Origin: Azolla caroliniana
Lineage: Eukaryota > Plantae > Polypodiophyta
NCBI GenBank assembly: GCA_043228905.1
Contig: JBHGNT010000001.1
Span: 12,276,001 to 12,340,000, forward strand
Direction of reading: 5' to 3'
Length of the DNA stretch: 64,000 nucleotides
In this document: positions 61,885 through 64,000 of the stretch, piece after piece
Position numbering within the stretch: position 1 is the stretch's first letter
Layout of the letters: every line of letters begins with the position of its first letter
Program-made: the position numbers and the translations under genes
Notes under the pieces: generated by a model
Database searches by the model: none
What the model was told of the DNA's origin: nothing
Seen by the model: only the letters and a program-made list of their open reading frames with translations

Positions 61885-63722
61885 CAATTCTTCCTGTTCC
61901 TCTTTCTTCGCCACCACTCGGAGCGGGATGTCGTTTCTCTTCTTCGGGTGCTTCCATATGCTCCCATCCCGTAGGAAGAATCGGTACGCTTTCTTCCGAA
62001 TCTGGTTGGCCTCTTCCTTCGTCCACGCCGCGTCCGGTGTCATTGTCTTCAAGAACCCGCCGATCTAGAGCCACTCCCCGTTGTACTTGCTCTCGTCGAA
62101 TTCGTTAAGCGCTGGAGTGCTCCCCTTTCTTGTTGTTATGTTAGCTAACCCGAAGAAGTCCTCGCCAACCGCTTCGTTATCCGAAACCATGTCGTCCTCA
62201 TCGCTGAACCTCGCCCTTGAAAGCATATCGTCCATGGCGTTATCCTTTCCAGAGATGTGTCGTATCTCCGGGTTTAGGGACTTGATGTACGCGATCCACC
62301 TGAGCATCGCCAGGTCCGGAGTCGCGCATCTAGAAACCATACCCAGAATCGGTAGGCAGTTCGTCTCGATGATCACTTCCGTCCCGATCAGATAGTCCTT
62401 GTCGGCCTTAACTACTGAAACGATACCCCATAGCTCACGCTTGATTTGGGCGTATCCTCGTTGCCGCTCGCTCAATACCTTTGCCCCGAGCCGGATCGGG
62501 AACCGTACGCCGTCTTCGTCTTCCTGATTGATCACCCAGCCAATCCCGGTCGGGCTCGTCTCCACCGTTACGTAAATGGGGACTTCCTTACCGTAAACCG
62601 CTTTCCGGAGAGCCGGTGCCGCAGCAAGCGCCTCCTTCAGCCTCCGGACCGACTCCGTGTGCTCCGCCCTCCACTCGAACCTACGGCCTTTCTTCAATAG
62701 CCCGTAGAGCGGTTCCGCGACATGTGCGTAGTGCAGGATCCAGATGTGGTAGAACGCGCACACACCCAAGAATCTACGGACCTCCGTAACCGACCCGCAA
62801 TCGTCCTTCATCACGGAGATGGCTTCTACCTTTGTCAGGGACGGTTTCCAGCCATAGGGCCCGCACAAGTGTCCGACTACTAGGATCTCCAGCTGTCTGA
62901 ATGCTGATTTTTCTCCGGAGAGGGTGAGTCGCGCGATCCGGAATCTTTGTAGCACTTTCTCGCAGTCATGGATGTGATCCGTCACGAACCTCTGGCAACC
63001 GTTGGGCCCGACCGACTCGTCCTTTTCCTCCACCGGACATCCTTTGATTGGGATGTCATCCAAAAACGGCATGGTGATGTCCGGGATGCAGTCCCTCAAC
63101 ACCTTGTTCATCGCATTCACCATGTGTGCCACCGAGTTCGTTCCTCCTTGCAGCAGGGTACACATCCGAACTAGGCCGAGAGGAGTCCGCATCGTCGTGA
63201 CATCCTTGCTCTCTACGGCTAGCTGGAACTGATCATAGCCTGAGTATAGGTCCCCAACCGAGTACATCGACCTCCCTGCGAAAGCCTCCGCAAACTCATC
63301 GATGGTCGGTCCGATACCTGCGTTTCGAATGGTCACCTTGTTGACCGGCTGTAGGTCCTGTATGAAGCGCAGTGTGCCGTTCTTCTTCGGCACGATAAAC
63401 CACCGATTCGAATATGGGGCATTCGACGGCTCGAGGATGCCCATCTCCACCTTCTATTTCAGCACCTCCATTAGCTTTGGGATGTGAGCTCTGGGTACCG
63501 GAATCGGTTTGAGACTCCACGACACATGCGGTACCATGAAGATCACCATTGGTTCCACAACCTTCAGGTCCACACACCCGATCTCCTCCGACGAGAATGC
63601 GAAAGCCTTCCCATGCCTCCCGAGCATTCTCCAAAACTGGTCTTCTTCCGCCGACAATAGAAAACCACCCCCACCGATCTTGAGCTCCCGTAGCGTTATG
63701 TCGGTGAACGTGTGTCCCATGC

Positions 63723-64000
63723 TGGCCGGATCTCGTAAACTTGGGTTTGACGCGACGCCCTTTATTCGTAACTCGCTGCCCTCTGGCAAGGGTGCCGCGA
63801 CTAGCCTCACCTTCCGGTCCACAGTTTTGTACTTCGTACCCACTAGGGCCATCCGATCCGACTCGAGTCCACTACCGAAGTCGGCGATGACTTCGTGGCC
63901 GGATCTCGTAAACTTGGGTTTGACGCGACGCCCTTTATCCGTAACTCGCTGCCCTCTGGCAAGGGTGCTGCGACTAGCCTCACCTTCCGGTCCACAGTTT
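63723..64000. repeat. 173-bp tandem duplication (second copy truncated by window end)
   Basis: 63723-63827 recurs from 63896. Confidence 0.85.

Larger units (their letters stand above)
59536..64000 (-). mobile_element. Second gypsy of the same lineage as 39567-46588 (3' LTR 59536-60011, integrase, RT/RNase H), truncated by window end
   Basis: Same PPT AGGTGGGGGCGGA; FLDDIPIKG RT, NGKVERGH integrase, WFGPY. Confidence 0.93.

Overview
Plant nuclear DNA, probably a seed-free plant such as a fern (inferred from TE lineage make-up only). Most of the window is nested transposable elements around one apparently intact host gene, a remorin (minus strand, 4 coding exons, 6580-8900). TE content: a twin-primed (partly inverted) L1-like LINE (9791-24199) holding a solo LTR and two Tork/Tnt1-like copia elements; two very young intact Tork-like copias (17745-24033, 52106-57434); three older copias of a second lineage; two non-chromovirus Ty3/gypsy elements plus a Gag-only derivative that use a tRNA-Trp primer site; and four solo LTRs with TSDs. 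The main discovery is a complete Sola1-like DNA transposon (25754-46765; 35-bp TIRs, TTGA TSD; about 7.7 kb once nested LTR elements are removed). Divergent from its transposase it carries a 5-exon gene encoding a ParB-like domain fused to a prokaryote-type beta-class N6-adenine/N4-cytosine DNA methyltransferase, and a palindrome array lies between the two genes. Both genes are pseudogenised in this copy. All calls were made by eye; no database searches were run.
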